Shown here one piece after another: positions 31,722 through 32,000 of a DNA stretch of 32,000 bases. The notes beneath the pieces were generated by a model. That model was not told the DNA's origin. It saw only the letters and a list, made by a program, of their open reading frames with translations, and ran no database searches. The stretch's first letter is position 1, and each line of letters starts with the position of its first letter. The stretch is from Pyrodictium abyssi (GTDB lineage Archaea > Thermoproteota > Thermoprotei_A > Sulfolobales > Pyrodictiaceae), in contig NZ_AP028907.1 of NCBI RefSeq assembly GCF_036323395.1, positions 1,830,001 through 1,862,000 on the forward strand, written 5' to 3'. A program made the position numbers and the translations under genes.

Positions 31722-32000
31722 CTAGTATACCTGTATAGATGCATAGCCCACTACACTGCTCTTATCTCCGGCTACATCGCCGCTTGTCGCGTATCTGAGG
31801 AGTTTAGCACTGCTAGCTCCCGCTCCGCGGGCGTAGTAGAGCATCGCCATTACTGGGCCCGGTCCGCACATGCTTATACTGTGCTTCTGTATAGTCTGGT
31901 AGAGTTTCAGAGGGTCCAGCTCTAGTATAGCCTCAATAGCCAGCTTGTCTTTAGCTACTGCTACGTCGTGGGGCTCGTAGTGTGTAAAGTCGCTGCTAGC
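31722..32000 (-). CDS. Memo-like protein (AmmeMemoRadiSam system protein B / COG1355), C-terminal part; 5' end outside window
   Basis: I translated this frame manually (not in the ORF track). It is open from the window edge to TAG 31722-31724: ...HSISMCGPGPVMAMLYYARGAGASSAKLLRYATSGDVAGDKSSVVGYASIQVY*. The CG..P...LL.Y..SGD..GD...VVGYAS pattern is the hallmark Memo/UPF0103 C-terminus. Confidence 0.7.
   Translation of the reverse strand, partial: ASSDFTHYEPHDVAVAKDKLAIEAILELDPLKLYQTIQKHSISMCGPGPVMAMLYYARGAGASSAKLLRYATSGDVAGDKSSVVGYASIQVY

Noticed and set aside
1-32000. Scan for CRISPR arrays, long direct or tandem repeats, transposase/integrase genes, toxin-antitoxin or defence modules, and rRNA.
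   Set aside because: I recognised none by eye. The gene content is entirely core housekeeping and metabolic, and the only repeat noted is the 9-mer GATGAGCGC (x2).

Overview
Housekeeping chromosomal segment of an archaeon. The evidence is archaeal r-proteins, exosome and RNase P protein genes, and archaeal-type riboflavin and isoprenoid enzymes. Roughly mid-50s % GC by eye and many apparent TTG/GTG starts suggest a hyperthermophilic crenarchaeote of the Desulfurococcales type, but that is inference only. I call 40 protein genes, mostly on the minus strand and tightly packed, with many 0-4 nt gaps or overlaps. Left third: the classical archaeal exosome/proteasome superoperon (psmA, SBDS, rrp4, rrp41, rrp42, L37Ae, Brix, Pcc1, prefoldin beta), followed by a small conserved ORF and a DHH phosphoesterase. 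The usual upstream part of that superoperon (L15e, DUF54/COG1325, Rpp30, Pop5) lies at 15.9-18.7 kb. An ~8.6 kb insert separates the two parts. It holds a ~480 bp ORF-poor, highly structured region (candidate ncRNA), a wHTH orphan gene, thiI plus a ThiF/MoeB-like E1, and a complete archaeal-type riboflavin cluster (arfC-arfA, ribB-ribC-ribH, arfB). That cluster also contains a TRZ/ATZ-type amidohydrolase, my top candidate for the pyrimidine deaminase step of archaeal riboflavin synthesis, which to my knowledge is still unassigned. Right third: an Obg/YchF-like GTPase, ndk, a plus-strand trio (SagB-like nitroreductase, beta-hydroxyacid dehydrogenase, EamA transporter), L7Ae and S28e-L24e split by a degenerate HD + zinc-ribbon gene, gltX, and an isoprenoid operon (Memo-like, divergent GHMP-fold protein, ipk, idi2, GGPP synthase, DUF2118-like). 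I saw no CRISPR array, transposase, integrase, rRNA or convincing tRNA. All family calls come from motif recognition by eye; no database search was run.
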